Counted from the first letter of the stretch, positions 39,889 through 50,870 are shown. The stretch: DNA of 64,000 bases from an uncultured Bdellovibrionales bacterium (GCA_964605525.1 CAZSCV010000003.1:4227-68226), one strand, 5' to 3'. Made by a program: numbers and translations. Notes: generated by a model from the sequence alone, not told the origin.

Positions 39889-42800
39889 ATGATTAAAATT
39901 AAGGATAGATTTTTAATCCTCATATTCCTGATGGTTGCTTGTGGATTAATATTCGGAACGAAAGCGAGTGCTGAAGTTAAAATACTGTCGGACTCACGTC
40001 ATGCCTACACTACTATTGTCAGCACTATAAATATGTTGCTTGGCGTTGGGCATGTTGGTACGGATGTGATAGTTCACAGTACTAATATGGGTACCTTGGG
40101 ACCATTTTCCACATCTTCTTCTATCGCCCTTAATTCATCCACGAATTATTATAATGAATCTGGAAATTTGGTGCCTTCGCAAGCCCCTTATCAACTGTTT
40201 ACAACTTCAGCAACAAACTATATTGGAGACACTGCTTCAGAATATGACTTATCGATTTCTAATGATTTGGCTCATAATTATGCTTATAGTGCGGCACTAC
40301 CGCAAAGTACTTTTCCCCCGATATTTCATATGGCTCCAGGAAGGGAGGGTGGTACTACGGGTTATGGAGTTGAGTGGAGATTGGATTGCACTGTGTTTAG
40401 TTGCAGTTCATTGTCCGGAATAACAGCTGCCAATGCCGGATTAATGGCATCCCTTCGTTATCTTCATCCTACTTGGAATTGGTTTGATGTGAAAGCGGCA
40501 TTGCGTCAGACTGGTACAAACTGGAACACTGGTTATGATCGCAATGCTTTTGGATTCGGACAAATTGATTATCACGAAGCTGATATTTTGGAAGATGATC
40601 AAATATTTTTGCAACCTCCGGTAGCAAAAATAGATACTGTATATACACAGTCTATAAGATTTCAGCTTTATCCTTTCAAACAAACACGCAGAGTCAAAGA
40701 TGTATTATTTCAATTTTCTTCAGCTCCGTCTTTTTATGGAGATGAATTGACGCTTGCTGAGTTAGAGATGTTGGGTGGCACTAAAATTACGGAATATTCT
40801 GGCGATGTTTCCCGAATGATTCAACCTTTGGATATTGCAGTAGTGAATGCTTATTTTGTTTGGTTGACGGCTGATAATATTGATGATGATTTGGCGAATT
40901 TTTCTCGCATTGATACTTATGGAATTTTAGGACCTTTGAGTCAATCTTCGGTGCGGATTGGAGGTGCATTTTCGGAAATTTCGGATGCAAACAGTGTAAC
41001 TGATGTTTTGGTGGACGAACAAAATGGAAAAATATATACCGTTGAGCGAACAGTAGATGGTAATGGTAGTATCGTTCGTATGGATGAAGGAGTGGATGGT
41101 TCTGTGTTTGGTGCCAATCCTTCAGATTTTTCGCAAATCGTATTAAGAACTCCTTCTCAAGCGGTACTGGATAGCATTAATAATAAGGTATATATTACCG
41201 ATTCTGGTAATAGTCGAATTGTTAGTGTGAATAGTGGTACGGGTGGCACGGTTTTTGGTGAAAATTGGGAATCTTTCGGTTCGGAGGGTTCTGGAGATGG
41301 TCAAGTTAGTTATCCTTTCGGAATTTCCGTAGACGGTGCTAATAATCGGTTATATGTTGCGGATGTTAATAATAGCCGAATTGTCAGTATGGATAGCGGT
41401 ACGGGTGGCACGGTTTTTGGTGAAAACTGGGAATCTTTTGGCTCAGAGGGTTCTGGAATTAATCAATTCTTGTATGCTTCTGGAATTTTTGTTGATAGTG
41501 CTAATAGTAAGGTTTATGTGAGTGATTATGGTAATAATCGCATTGTCAGTGTGGATAGTGGAGAAGGTGCTACTACATTAGGAGGAAACTGGAATGAATT
41601 TGGTACATATGGTTCAGGGGTTGGACAATTTGATATTCCAGATGGAATATATGTAGATACTTTCAATAATAAGATATATGTTTCTGATTTTTTTAATACT
41701 CGCATTGTTAGTATGGATAGTGGCGGCGGTGGCACTACGATGGGGAGTAATTGGAAGGAATTTGGTGATTCCGGCGTAGGAGCGGGTCAATTTTTGGCAC
41801 CTAGCGGTATTTTTTCTGATAGGGTTAATAATAAATTGTATATTGTTGATTCTTCATCTAACCGTGTGGTAAAAATTGACAGTGGTGAAGGGGGCACTGT
41901 CTTGGGTGGTAATTGGCAAGTTTTTGGAAGTTCAGGATCGGGAAGTGAACAGTTCAACAGTCCATTTTATATTTTCGGTGATAATGTCAATAATAGAATT
42001 TATGTCGGTGATTCAGGTAATGATCGTATTGTTGGAATAGATTCCGGAGAGGGTGGTACTGTGCTGGGAGAAAATTACGCATCAATTCCAATTGCGCCAT
42101 TTGGAGTGTCTAATCAAGTCGCATTGGACAATGAAAATAATAAATTGTATGTGGCTGATAGCGGAAATGATAATATTATGAAGATAGATAGTGGAGGAGG
42201 AGAAACTACCTTGGGCAATGTATTGGAGACATTCGGTGAGCATGGTTCACCAGAAGAAGGATTGTTTTTAGAACCTGATGGTATCGTGGCAGATAGTGTT
42301 AGTAATCGGTTATATGTTGCTGATTCCGGACATGATCGTATTATCAGTATGGATAGCGGAGAAAGCGGGACCGTTCTTGGAGAGAATTTGCAATTATTTG
42401 GCGTGCTTGGATCGGGAGTAGGACAATTTAATAATCCTACTGGAATTGCTGTGGATAATTCGAACGATAAAATATATATAGTCGATAATAGTAACCATCG
42501 CATCGTCAGTATGGATAATGGAGAAAATGGAACTGTTTTAGGTGAAAATTGGCAATCTTTCGGATCACTTGGATCAGGATCTGATCAATTTCGATTTCCG
42601 GAAGACATATTCTTTAGCGATGACAAACTATATGTAGCCGATACTGATAATAATCGCATCGTTATCATTGATAGTGGCAGTGATTTCACGAGTTTCGGTG
42701 CTAATTTCAATTCTTTTGGTGTATATGGTGATGGAAGTAGTGAAGGACAATTTAATAATCCGACTAGCGTTTCTGTGGATGCGCAAAAAAAAATTATCTA

Positions 42801-44997
42801 TGTTGTTGATTCAGGTAATGGACGTATTGTGCAGATTATTCCTCCAATTATGATTATTGGTCAGAGCCAGAATGATTATACATTGCAAAACCAGGTTATC
42901 GATTGTTCGGCGGATGAGGAAGTGGGAGTTTATGTTCAGTCGGGATTAGAAGGGACGAATTTTAATAATGTGACTTTTCTTAATTGCGGTATTAGCGCTA
43001 TATTACTCAGAAGTGAACTTTCTCAATCTAATAATTTATTGTTTGTCAATAATGCAAGTGCGGTTCAAGATGAGGTTGGTGGGTATACTTGCACCAATTG
43101 TTTTGATGACTCGGAGGATGGCGAATCTAATGTTCTTGCTTCAGGACAGCCTGATTGGAATTCTCCAGCCATAGACACTGGTATTACTGTTGTAGGAAGG
43201 GATGTTGATTATGCCGGAAATTCTATTTATGGCACTCCCGATATCGGAGCCTATGAATACCAACCGCCATATGAAATGGGAACGGACGAAGTGGATATTT
43301 CCGCCAATGTTCGGATTTATGGGGATGGGAAATTTCGAAACACTGAAACGGCCAGTGGAATTACGGCTAGCCTTTCTATTATTCCGCAGGGAAGCGGGAC
43401 AGAGAAATGGCTGGATATTACCAAGGCTGATGACGAAGAAGCGATTATTTGGGAAGCTAACCGCAAAAAATGGAAAGAATCTTCCACTACTCTCGGAGAA
43501 AATAGTACACTTCATACAATTGAAGATTTAACTGCGGGAAAATCATACACTCTTGCTATTGATGGTTCGTTAGTAAGCGAAGATCCGATGACTGGAAATA
43601 TTACCAGCTCTGATTGTATTGATAGTGCCTGCGTTGCTGATGATACTGGAGAAATCACCTTTAATTATATAGGAGGTTATTCCGATCACACATTTGAATT
43701 GACAGATAATGTTGCTCCAGTGATTACTGTTACTTCTCCCGTATCAGGAAGCGCTGTTTCGGCTGATGATACTATAACTTTCACCGATTCCGAAACCACT
43801 GATCCGGAGTGTTCCATAGACAATTCCAATTGGGTCAATTGCGTTAGTACTGTAACCAGTTTTTCCGACCTCACCAACTGGGATGACATCGCAGAAAGTG
43901 ATACCTTCACTTTGTATATGCGAGATACGGATGCTTCCAGTAATACCGGAACAACAAATGTTTCCAATCTCACCAAAGCCGACACCCAAGCCCCGGTGCG
44001 CTCGGAAGGTTTGCCTAGCAGTGAATTATCTTCCGGCACAACTTCCACAACATTAAGCCTCACTACCAGCGAAACAGCCACTTGTAAATATTCCAACACC
44101 CCCGGTACCGCTTATGCCGATATGACCGAATTATTTACAACGGAAGATGGCATTATTCATACCAAAGATATTTCCAATCTTTCCGATGGTAGTTCATACA
44201 GCTATTATGTGAGATGTCAGGATTTATCCGAAAATGCTAACGACACCGATTATCTTATTAGTTTTTCAGTAGCCAGTCCGCAAGATGTCGAAGAAGATAC
44301 TGATGAAGAAAAGGATCTTGATATTCATGGTGTTAAGGCGGAATCTACGGAAAATTCTATTACAATAACCTGGAAAACCGACCATAACACCAAATCAAGT
44401 ATTCGATATGGAGTAGATAGGAATCTCAAGGAAAAGAAAAAGGACAATAGTAAAGAGAAAAAACATAAAATCGTTATTGATGGATTGCAGTCAAATGTAA
44501 AATATTATTTCCGCATAAAAGCCACGGATAGCAACGACAATGAAGATTCAAGTAAAATTCATTCAATAATGACTAAAGCTACTCAAATTTCAATTACAAA
44601 TCAAAGTCAGGATGAAAATACAAGCCAGTCTTCAGCAGAGAACACGAATGAGTCAGTATATTCCGATAATTCAACTCCCAATATCTGCTCATACACAATC
44701 CAATCCGGCGACACTCTTTGGTCAATTGCCAAACAAGTCTATGGCGATGCTACTCAATACCAAAAAATCATTGAGAAAAACCAAGACAAATATCCCGATA
44801 TTGAAACAAAATTATCCATTGGGCAGGAATTATCTTTCGGTTGCGAAAACGATGATTCGAAAAATGACATAGAAAAGAATCTGGAATTAAGTGTGCCTAA
44901 TAACAATATTGAACCGCAACCCCAAATTAAAACAGAACCTAAGAATAATTCTTCTGAAAAAGTATTCAAGTGGTGGAATCCGTTTAGCTGGTTTTGA
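39889..44997 (+). CDS. giant secreted surface protein: N-terminal subtilase-like remnant, about 12 NHL repeats, Ig/FN3-like region and a C-terminal LysM domain
   Basis: Signal peptide. The repeated unit is N.(K/R)(I/L)YV(A/S)DSGN.RIV..DSG.GGT..G; a FN3-like block (ITITWKTD...YYFRIKATD); LysM (YTIQSGDTLWSIAKQVYGD...). Confidence 0.8.
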   Translation: MIKIKDRFLILIFLMVACGLIFGTKASAEVKILSDSRHAYTTIVSTINMLLGVGHVGTDVIVHSTNMGTLGPFSTSSSIALNSSTNYYNESGNLVPSQAPYQLFTTSATNYIGDTASEYDLSISNDLAHNYAYSAALPQSTFPPIFHMAPGREGGTTGYGVEWRLDCTVFSCSSLSGITAANAGLMASLRYLHPTWNWFDVKAALRQTGTNWNTGYDRNAFGFGQIDYHEADILEDDQIFLQPPVAKIDTVYTQSIRFQLYPFKQTRRVKDVLFQFSSAPSFYGDELTLAELEMLGGTKITEYSGDVSRMIQPLDIAVVNAYFVWLTADNIDDDLANFSRIDTYGILGPLSQSSVRIGGAFSEISDANSVTDVLVDEQNGKIYTVERTVDGNGSIVRMDEGVDGSVFGANPSDFSQIVLRTPSQAVLDSINNKVYITDSGNSRIVSVNSGTGGTVFGENWESFGSEGSGDGQVSYPFGISVDGANNRLYVADVNNSRIVSMDSGTGGTVFGENWESFGSEGSGINQFLYASGIFVDSANSKVYVSDYGNNRIVSVDSGEGATTLGGNWNEFGTYGSGVGQFDIPDGIYVDTFNNKIYVSDFFNTRIVSMDSGGGGTTMGSNWKEFGDSGVGAGQFLAPSGIFSDRVNNKLYIVDSSSNRVVKIDSGEGGTVLGGNWQVFGSSGSGSEQFNSPFYIFGDNVNNRIYVGDSGNDRIVGIDSGEGGTVLGENYASIPIAPFGVSNQVALDNENNKLYVADSGNDNIMKIDSGGGETTLGNVLETFGEHGSPEEGLFLEPDGIVADSVSNRLYVADSGHDRIISMDSGESGTVLGENLQLFGVLGSGVGQFNNPTGIAVDNSNDKIYIVDNSNHRIVSMDNGENGTVLGENWQSFGSLGSGSDQFRFPEDIFFSDDKLYVADTDNNRIVIIDSGSDFTSFGANFNSFGVYGDGSSEGQFNNPTSVSVDAQKKIIYVVDSGNGRIVQIIPPIMIIGQSQNDYTLQNQVIDCSADEEVGVYVQSGLEGTNFNNVTFLNCGISAILLRSELSQSNNLLFVNNASAVQDEVGGYTCTNCFDDSEDGESNVLASGQPDWNSPAIDTGITVVGRDVDYAGNSIYGTPDIGAYEYQPPYEMGTDEVDISANVRIYGDGKFRNTETASGITASLSIIPQGSGTEKWLDITKADDEEAIIWEANRKKWKESSTTLGENSTLHTIEDLTAGKSYTLAIDGSLVSEDPMTGNITSSDCIDSACVADDTGEITFNYIGGYSDHTFELTDNVAPVITVTSPVSGSAVSADDTITFTDSETTDPECSIDNSNWVNCVSTVTSFSDLTNWDDIAESDTFTLYMRDTDASSNTGTTNVSNLTKADTQAPVRSEGLPSSELSSGTTSTTLSLTTSETATCKYSNTPGTAYADMTELFTTEDGIIHTKDISNLSDGSSYSYYVRCQDLSENANDTDYLISFSVASPQDVEEDTDEEKDLDIHGVKAESTENSITITWKTDHNTKSSIRYGVDRNLKEKKKDNSKEKKHKIVIDGLQSNVKYYFRIKATDSNDNEDSSKIHSIMTKATQISITNQSQDENTSQSSAENTNESVYSDNSTPNICSYTIQSGDTLWSIAKQVYGDATQYQKIIEKNQDKYPDIETKLSIGQELSFGCENDDSKNDIEKNLELSVPNNNIEPQPQIKTEPKNNSSEKVFKWWNPFSWF

Positions 44998-45064
44998 TTT
45001 TTCTGATTTTTTTTAAATTAGAAAAATCTATGCAATGGAGTGATAATGTGATATACTGCACAAT

Positions 45065-45334
45065 ATGGAAACAGTGATGAAAGCAGACATTTTCTTTTTT
45101 ATTTCTTCTGTCGCGTCAATAATTTTGGCAGTGTTGTTTTCTGTTTTCTTGTTTTATCTCATTAAGGCGGGCAAGAATTTTTATTTGATTTCGGAAAAAT
45201 TACTGATTCATTTCAAAGCATCGGAAGAATTTGTCGCTGAAGTAAAAGAAAGGCTTGAGGCGAATCTGATTTTCCGCTTGTTTTTTCCTCCGGCACGGAA
45301 AAGGAGTTCTGGTAAGAAAAAAGAGGAAAAATAA
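45065..45334 (+). CDS. hypothetical small membrane protein
   Basis: ORF with one TM helix. Confidence 0.3.
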   Translation: METVMKADIFFFISSVASIILAVLFSVFLFYLIKAGKNFYLISEKLLIHFKASEEFVAEVKERLEANLIFRLFFPPARKRSSGKKKEEK

Positions 45335-45368
45335 AATAACAAAATAATAATTTTTTAAAATAAAAAAT

Positions 45369-45773
45369 ATGCAAAAGAAAAAGAGTGATTTGAAAGTGGC
45401 AGGATTGGCAGTGATTGGCGCAAGTTTGGCCGCTATCGCGGCGACAGCCTATTTCCTTTTTGGGCCAAAAGGAAAAAAACACAGACAACAAGCGAAATCA
45501 TGGGCTATCAAAATGAAAGGGGAGGTTATTGAGAAATTTGAAAAGGCGCGCGAAATTACCGAACCGGTTTATCAAGAGATTATTGATACCGTGGCAAGTG
45601 AATACAAAAAAGGAAAAAAAGCGAGTCAGCCGGAAATTGAAGCGTTGGCAGTTGATCTTAAAAAACACTGGAAGTCGATGAGCAAGTTGGCATCTTCCGC
45701 TAAGCAGAAAATATCCAAAGATGCTTCACGAGTGGCCAAAACAATCAAGAAAACAGTCAACAAGGAAAAATAA
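45369..45773 (+). CDS. hypothetical membrane-anchored protein
   Basis: N-terminal TM helix followed by a K/E-rich helical segment. Confidence 0.4.
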   Translation: MQKKKSDLKVAGLAVIGASLAAIAATAYFLFGPKGKKHRQQAKSWAIKMKGEVIEKFEKAREITEPVYQEIIDTVASEYKKGKKASQPEIEALAVDLKKHWKSMSKLASSAKQKISKDASRVAKTIKKTVNKEK

Positions 45774-45796
45774 TTCAAAAGGCAATAGATAAAAAT

Positions 45797-46024
45797 ATGT
45801 ATAATTTTAATCCGCTTATTCATTTGTTTGCTCCGGTTTTTCCACTGCTTTTATTGTGGAGCATTTTTTGGAAAGGCTTGGCGCTTTGGCATTCAGGAAG
45901 AAGAGGGCAGGAGTGGTGGTTCGCGATTCTTCTGGTTGTAAATACGATTGGAATCTTGGAAATCATCTATCTTTTCTCTATCATCAAACTGAAACCGGCA
46001 GAGCTTTTCAGTAAGAAAATATAA
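45797..46024 (+). CDS. hypothetical small membrane protein
   Basis: Two TM helices. Confidence 0.3.
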   Translation: MYNFNPLIHLFAPVFPLLLLWSIFWKGLALWHSGRRGQEWWFAILLVVNTIGILEIIYLFSIIKLKPAELFSKKI

Positions 46025-46138
46025 AAAAAACAATTTCACGGGCAAAAAAATACGCAAAATTTGCGTATTTTTTGTTGCTTTGAAGTCTGAAAAAAACAGA
46101 AAACCCACCAGAATGGAGGGTTCTCCATTGGCGGGCTG

Positions 46139-46612
46139 TTATTTAATGGGATACAAAAGATTATCTTTTGGTGTGCCAATATAGACATGATGATTGGGAA
46201 CATCTTTATTAACGAGTGCTCCTGCACCAATGATGGCTCCTTTGCCAATCTTTATGCCTGGCATAATAATGCTACCGGCTCCGATCCATGCTCCGTCTTC
46301 GATAATAATTCTTTTGAAGACGTCTTTATGGCTTATGCCATTATCTTTTGAAAAATCATGGGTAACGCCCGGGATGCAGCAGTTCATGGCAATTTGAACA
46401 TCGCTCCCGATGATGGCATTTTCAATATAGGTGCCAGCGTTGATGTCGCTACCTTCACCAATTACAGATTTTTTTATTGAGATTCTCTCAAGAATCAGGC
46501 AGTTATCCCCGATGACAGAGTCATGAATCGTACAAAACTCACAAACGCGAGTGCCACTACCTATTTTTGAATTTAAAATTCGAGCCGTTTCATCTATTAG
46601 TTTTTTGCTCAT
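46139..46612 (-). CDS. hexapeptide-repeat (LbH) acyl/acetyltransferase
   Basis: Successive [LIV]G.....[IV] hexapeptide repeats throughout. Confidence 0.7.
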   Translation of the reverse strand: MSKKLIDETARILNSKIGSGTRVCEFCTIHDSVIGDNCLILERISIKKSVIGEGSDINAGTYIENAIIGSDVQIAMNCCIPGVTHDFSKDNGISHKDVFKRIIIEDGAWIGAGSIIMPGIKIGKGAIIGAGALVNKDVPNHHVYIGTPKDNLLYPIK

Positions 46613-46812
46613 AAGATATCTCCTTTTCTCTTAGGATTAGTGATAAAAAGTGATAGTTGATAAATATTCTTTTGTTAAAAAACTGATTAGGTAGTATATA
46701 AAAATATCAGACCTGTGTCAATTTTTTCTAGTCTCGATTTTTCTAAATCACTAATATCGGAATTTAAGAGAATTTTTTGCTTTTTGGAATAAATTCAAAT
46801 TTTGTGTTTTTT

Positions 46813-47115
46813 TTAATTCCATATCAAAAGAAATTCGCATCCTTCGGAACCTGCCTTGAGAAAATGCTTGGAACCTTTTTCATTTATAAGCAGATCTCCT
46901 TTTTGATACGTTTGATTTTCATCAGACATACTTCCTTTTAAAATATAGTTATATCTTGTGTCTGTGTGATTATGCAATGGAATTTTCTTATTCGGCTTAA
47001 TTTTTAAAATGGAAAAATTCAATCCATTTTTATTCGTAACACATTGTTTTTCAAAAACATCTTTCTGTATTTCTTCCCATTTAATGGTTGTTGTTTTTAC
47101 ATATTTGTCACTCAT
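46813..47115 (-). CDS. cupin domain protein
   Basis: PLHNHTD...H cupin motifs 1 and 2. Confidence 0.5.
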   Translation of the reverse strand: MSDKYVKTTTIKWEEIQKDVFEKQCVTNKNGLNFSILKIKPNKKIPLHNHTDTRYNYILKGSMSDENQTYQKGDLLINEKGSKHFLKAGSEGCEFLLIWN

Positions 47116-47238
47116 TTTTTTGTAAATTTATTTATTACTCGCTTACCATACTACGATTTAATCATAAAAACAAGACTAGAAATAAAAGGGGTCAAAATAA
47201 AAGGGGTCAAGCACCTTTTTTGTTAAATAGATCGCAAG

Positions 47239-47799
47239 TTAAAATATAAATGGAATCAGCGTCTTAACCTTATTTTTATATTCAAGATAGTCTGGAAAGT
47301 AGTTTATTAATATCCTTTCTTCTTTCTGAGCTTTATAATAAGCACCGAAGAAAAATGCAATGAAGAATATTAGCCAGCCTAATGTATCAACATACAAAAC
47401 AATTCCCAAGACCATTAAAATCAAACCGCTATAGATCGGATGGCGAACATAGGCGTATGGCCCGCTAGTGATAAGTTTATGATTTTCTTTTATAACAATA
47501 TTTGCGCTCCAATTTTTACCTAGATTTATACGAGCCCAAAGCATTACAAGCAAACCCGCGAATGTGACAACGTCAGCGACAATATAAGTTGTCCCCGTTT
47601 TTGACCACAAACTAATTGTCAAAAAATCAATATTTTTTTGTAGATAAATAAATAAAACTATAGTCGCATAGAAAATAATGCGCAAAATCCATCCTCCGGA
47701 TTTCCTGGCCACTCGCTTTGCAGAAAAAGCAGTTGCTACCCAAATGATAGCCATAACCAAAAAGCAAGTGATAATAAACAATGAATAAAAATTTATCAT
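47239..47799 (-). CDS. isoprenylcysteine carboxyl methyltransferase (ICMT/PEMT) family membrane protein
   Basis: LITSGPYAYVRHPIYSGLIL signature with multiple TM helices. Confidence 0.7.
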   Translation of the reverse strand: MINFYSLFIITCFLVMAIIWVATAFSAKRVARKSGGWILRIIFYATIVLFIYLQKNIDFLTISLWSKTGTTYIVADVVTFAGLLVMLWARINLGKNWSANIVIKENHKLITSGPYAYVRHPIYSGLILMVLGIVLYVDTLGWLIFFIAFFFGAYYKAQKEERILINYFPDYLEYKNKVKTLIPFIF

Positions 47800-47880
47800 A
47801 TGTTGATTATATCACAAGTTGAATTCTGTTAAGGTGCTAAATAAAAACTTATGTAGTATTAAAACCTAATTTTCTCTGCG

Positions 47881-47912
47881 TAATTTACAAAAGCCGCCCT
47901 CATTAATGAGGG
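47881..47912. terminator. bidirectional hairpin terminator
   Basis: AAAGCCGCCCTCA-TTAA-TGAGGGCGGCTTT. Confidence 0.7.
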
Positions 47913-47936
47913 CGGCTTTGTTATTTTAAGTCAGTC

Positions 47937-48317
47937 CTATCCCTCTACTTCAACCTGAAAACCGCCGTAAGCCATCCGTTTCATATTAAAAGGCGCGGAC
48001 ATATCTTTGTTTTCTTCCATCTTCTTGCTCATTTCTTCCATCACTTTAGCATTGACCTCATTTCGATGTTTTTTGGATTTAAAGACTATGAAAGAAAACC
48101 AAATCGTATCCTCACTCGTTGCCTCAGTCATTTCAGGAAATGCACGTGCTTTTTCACCACCCATTTCTTGTGCAGCAAGGTCATCACCTTTGCATTCATA
48201 GTATTCAAGCGCGCCATACTTTATCCACATATCGCGACCGTCTTGGGCCATTTTCTTGTATTCCTCAACTTTGTCTTTTGGAACTACAAGCACAAATCCG
48301 TCTACATATTTTTCCAT
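47937..48317 (-). CDS. DUF1428 family protein
   Basis: MEKYVDGFVLVVPKDKVEEYKKMA...WFSFIVFKSKKHRNEVN matches the YbaA/DUF1428 pattern. Confidence 0.6.
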   Translation of the reverse strand: MEKYVDGFVLVVPKDKVEEYKKMAQDGRDMWIKYGALEYYECKGDDLAAQEMGGEKARAFPEMTEATSEDTIWFSFIVFKSKKHRNEVNAKVMEEMSKKMEENKDMSAPFNMKRMAYGGFQVEVEG

Positions 48318-48599
48318 AATTTATTCACCACCTTTCTAGTATCTATTTTCGCTATTATTATACTATTTACCAAAATCAATCGCAATGCATATTTATTTGA
48401 AATAGTAGTGAAACAAATTAGACCTAGTCGAAGATAGATATTGATTTTTATTATGATAAGTTTTATTTAGATCAAACAAGGCAATTAAAGATTATCCTCG
48501 ATTGCTTTTATCACTTGTTGGATAATTTATCAAATATTGCAATAATTATAAAACGAGAATAGTATTTATATAAATATTAAATATAAAAATCCAATACTT

Positions 48600-49673
48600 A
48601 TGGGCAAGAATAATACTGTTAAAAAACGTATCGCCGTGATTTTTGGCGGGCGATCGGGCGAACATGAGGTGTCCTTGAAATCAGCTCATCAGGTAATAAA
48701 TGCTCTTGATAAGAATAAATACGAAATTATTCCTGTGGCGATAACCAAAGTCGGTTATTGGCTGGTCGGGGAAGGGGAAAAGGGACGGAAATATTTGGAG
48801 GATAATTTAGAAAAGGCTGATCATGAGGGTGGAGTAGAGAGTGGCGACATATCGGAATGTTGTAGTAAATTTCCGGAAAAATTCCCATCGGTTGATTTAG
48901 TATTGCCAATTATGCATGGCACATTCGGAGAAGATGGAAAATTGCAAGGAATGCTTGAGATGTTGGGACTGCCATATGTTTTTTCCGGAGTTTTGGCGAG
49001 CTCCCTGGCGATGAATAAAAGGAAAACTAAAATTATTGCAAAAGCTTCTGGTCTTAAAATCGCGAAAGACGTCATAGTTATTAGGGGTAAAAAATTTAAT
49101 GCGGAGAAAATCATTGCCAAATTAAATTTTCCAATTGTCATCAAGCCGAGTGAGTTAGGTTCATCGGTCGGAACTAGTTTGGCTAACTCCAAAGAAGAAT
49201 TGGAAAATGGAATTGAAGAAGCTTTTAAATATGGAGATGAAATTCTGCTCGAACAGTTCATAAAAGGACGCGAACTGACAGTGGCGGTGATGGGAGATAA
49301 ATCTCCAAAAGCTCTTCCTGTCATTGAAATTATTCCGAAAATTTCTGGCTGGTTTGATTATCGCGCTAAATATGAAGCAGGCGGTTCGCAGGAAGTTTGT
49401 CCGGCTGAAATTTCAGAAGAAATTCGAAAAAAAGTTCAACGCTATGCTGTCAAAGTTTTCAAAGCGGTGGGATGCCTTGATCTTGCCCGGGCAGATTTTA
49501 TTTGGAGCGTCGAAGATGGCAAATTATATTTTCTCGAAATCAATACTATCCCCGGCATGACCGCCACAAGCCTCGCCCCGCAAGCAGCAGCCGCCGCCGG
49601 AATGGAGTTTTCGGTTTTTTTGGACAAATTAATTGAGGGAGCAATAAAAAGAAACAAAAAAATACAGGGCTAA
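48600..49673 (+). CDS. ddl: D-alanine--D-alanine ligase
   Basis: KKRIAVIFGGRSGEHEVSLKSA with ATP-grasp motifs (PNSLGLM... on the opposite strand aside) and C-terminal EINTIPGMT. Confidence 0.9.
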   Translation: MGKNNTVKKRIAVIFGGRSGEHEVSLKSAHQVINALDKNKYEIIPVAITKVGYWLVGEGEKGRKYLEDNLEKADHEGGVESGDISECCSKFPEKFPSVDLVLPIMHGTFGEDGKLQGMLEMLGLPYVFSGVLASSLAMNKRKTKIIAKASGLKIAKDVIVIRGKKFNAEKIIAKLNFPIVIKPSELGSSVGTSLANSKEELENGIEEAFKYGDEILLEQFIKGRELTVAVMGDKSPKALPVIEIIPKISGWFDYRAKYEAGGSQEVCPAEISEEIRKKVQRYAVKVFKAVGCLDLARADFIWSVEDGKLYFLEINTIPGMTATSLAPQAAAAAGMEFSVFLDKLIEGAIKRNKKIQG

Positions 49674-49941
49674 CCCTGTATTTTTTAAAATGCTCCGAAG
49701 CCTGGAAGAAGTCAGAACCTATTTCAAAAAACAAGAAGTGAACAATTGCCACAGTGACGGATTGGGTTAATTAACCTCGAGCAGCCTAATTGCCACTTGT
49801 TTGGCCGTGTGTCGAATGATTGAAGAGTGATGGCGGAATTGCCCAGTATTGAAGAATTTGTAGAACCTTACGCAAAATTTAAGAGCCCTGCCAGTCGTTC
49901 GACCAGCAGGGCTCATAATACGTTCATGTACTTTTTTCAGG

Positions 49942-50661
49942 TTACTGTTCCATGGTGGCACACAGGCGCGCCCAGTTTTTCTTCACCTCGAGTTCGAGAC
50001 GACCTGCTTCGATGTCAGCGACAACTGCGGGGTCATCCTGCTCGTATTCCAGATACGCTTCACGAATGGAGGCGATGACGGGCAGACCCTTGTAAGTCGT
50101 GTCGTAAATCGGAGATCGGTTGAATGCTCCGACGAGGAGCACGATGTTTACCCCGGTCACAGCGATTTCCGCCAGGGTATTATCGGTATTCTGGAAGTTG
50201 TTGTAAACGTCTTCCGCGATCGCGACACGTTCGCCCTGTTCAAAATCGAACTGCGAGAGGTCCCAACTGTATTCTTGTTTCTTGCCAACCTCGGTCGGTT
50301 TCGGTTTCTTGTCCGCATATGCGAACCGCTTACCAGCAACGAGCGCAAGCATCTGACCGAATGTCCGACCACCTTGCGGGATTCCGCAGATAGTATCGAA
50401 CGAGTCGAGTAAGTCCTGATCGCAGAGTTTCTGATATGCCGCCTCGGCAAACGCCTCAACAGCTTTCGGATGGACTTCAATCCTCCGAAAGTTGAAGTAG
50501 ATGTCTCCGACGAGGTTTCGTCCCTTGGCGTCTTTTCCCGCATAGACGACCAAAGGTCCCTTACGTTGAGAGCCGACTTTCGGACAAACATATACAGCGC
50601 CGCAGCGCTTTCCAAGCTCCAGAAGGTCTTCTCCTGGATACGGAACAATAAAATTCGACAT
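49942..50661 (-). CDS. orotate-phosphoribosyltransferase-like protein with a degenerate PRPP loop, in a GC-rich island
   Basis: Type I PRTase architecture (GIPQGGRTFGQMLAL ... GERVAIAEDVYNNFQNT in place of VxxDVxTTGGS). Local GC is about 50% against about 33% in the flanks. Confidence 0.5.
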   Translation of the reverse strand: MSNFIVPYPGEDLLELGKRCGAVYVCPKVGSQRKGPLVVYAGKDAKGRNLVGDIYFNFRRIEVHPKAVEAFAEAAYQKLCDQDLLDSFDTICGIPQGGRTFGQMLALVAGKRFAYADKKPKPTEVGKKQEYSWDLSQFDFEQGERVAIAEDVYNNFQNTDNTLAEIAVTGVNIVLLVGAFNRSPIYDTTYKGLPVIASIREAYLEYEQDDPAVVADIEAGRLELEVKKNWARLCATMEQ

Positions 50662-50870
50662 TTTCTTCCTCCTTTTCGGTTATACTTCACTCAAAAAAAC
50701 TTCACCCCTTGCCAATAATCCTCCTTTCGAGAAATTTGATAACTAACTTATATATAAATTTTTATTCTTTTTTCAAGGTTCAAAAACTGCCTAAAAAAGC
50801 AGTTCCTTATAATAACAGGTATTCATATTTATGCAATATAAGGGGGCTTTAAATTCTTGAATTTATTTTT

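Noticed and set aside
50157-50690. 177-aa minus-strand ORF in a second frame overlapping the PRTase-like gene
   Set aside because: It is an arginine/serine-rich product typical of an off-frame read of GC-rich DNA. The PRTase-like frame carries the conserved fold motifs.
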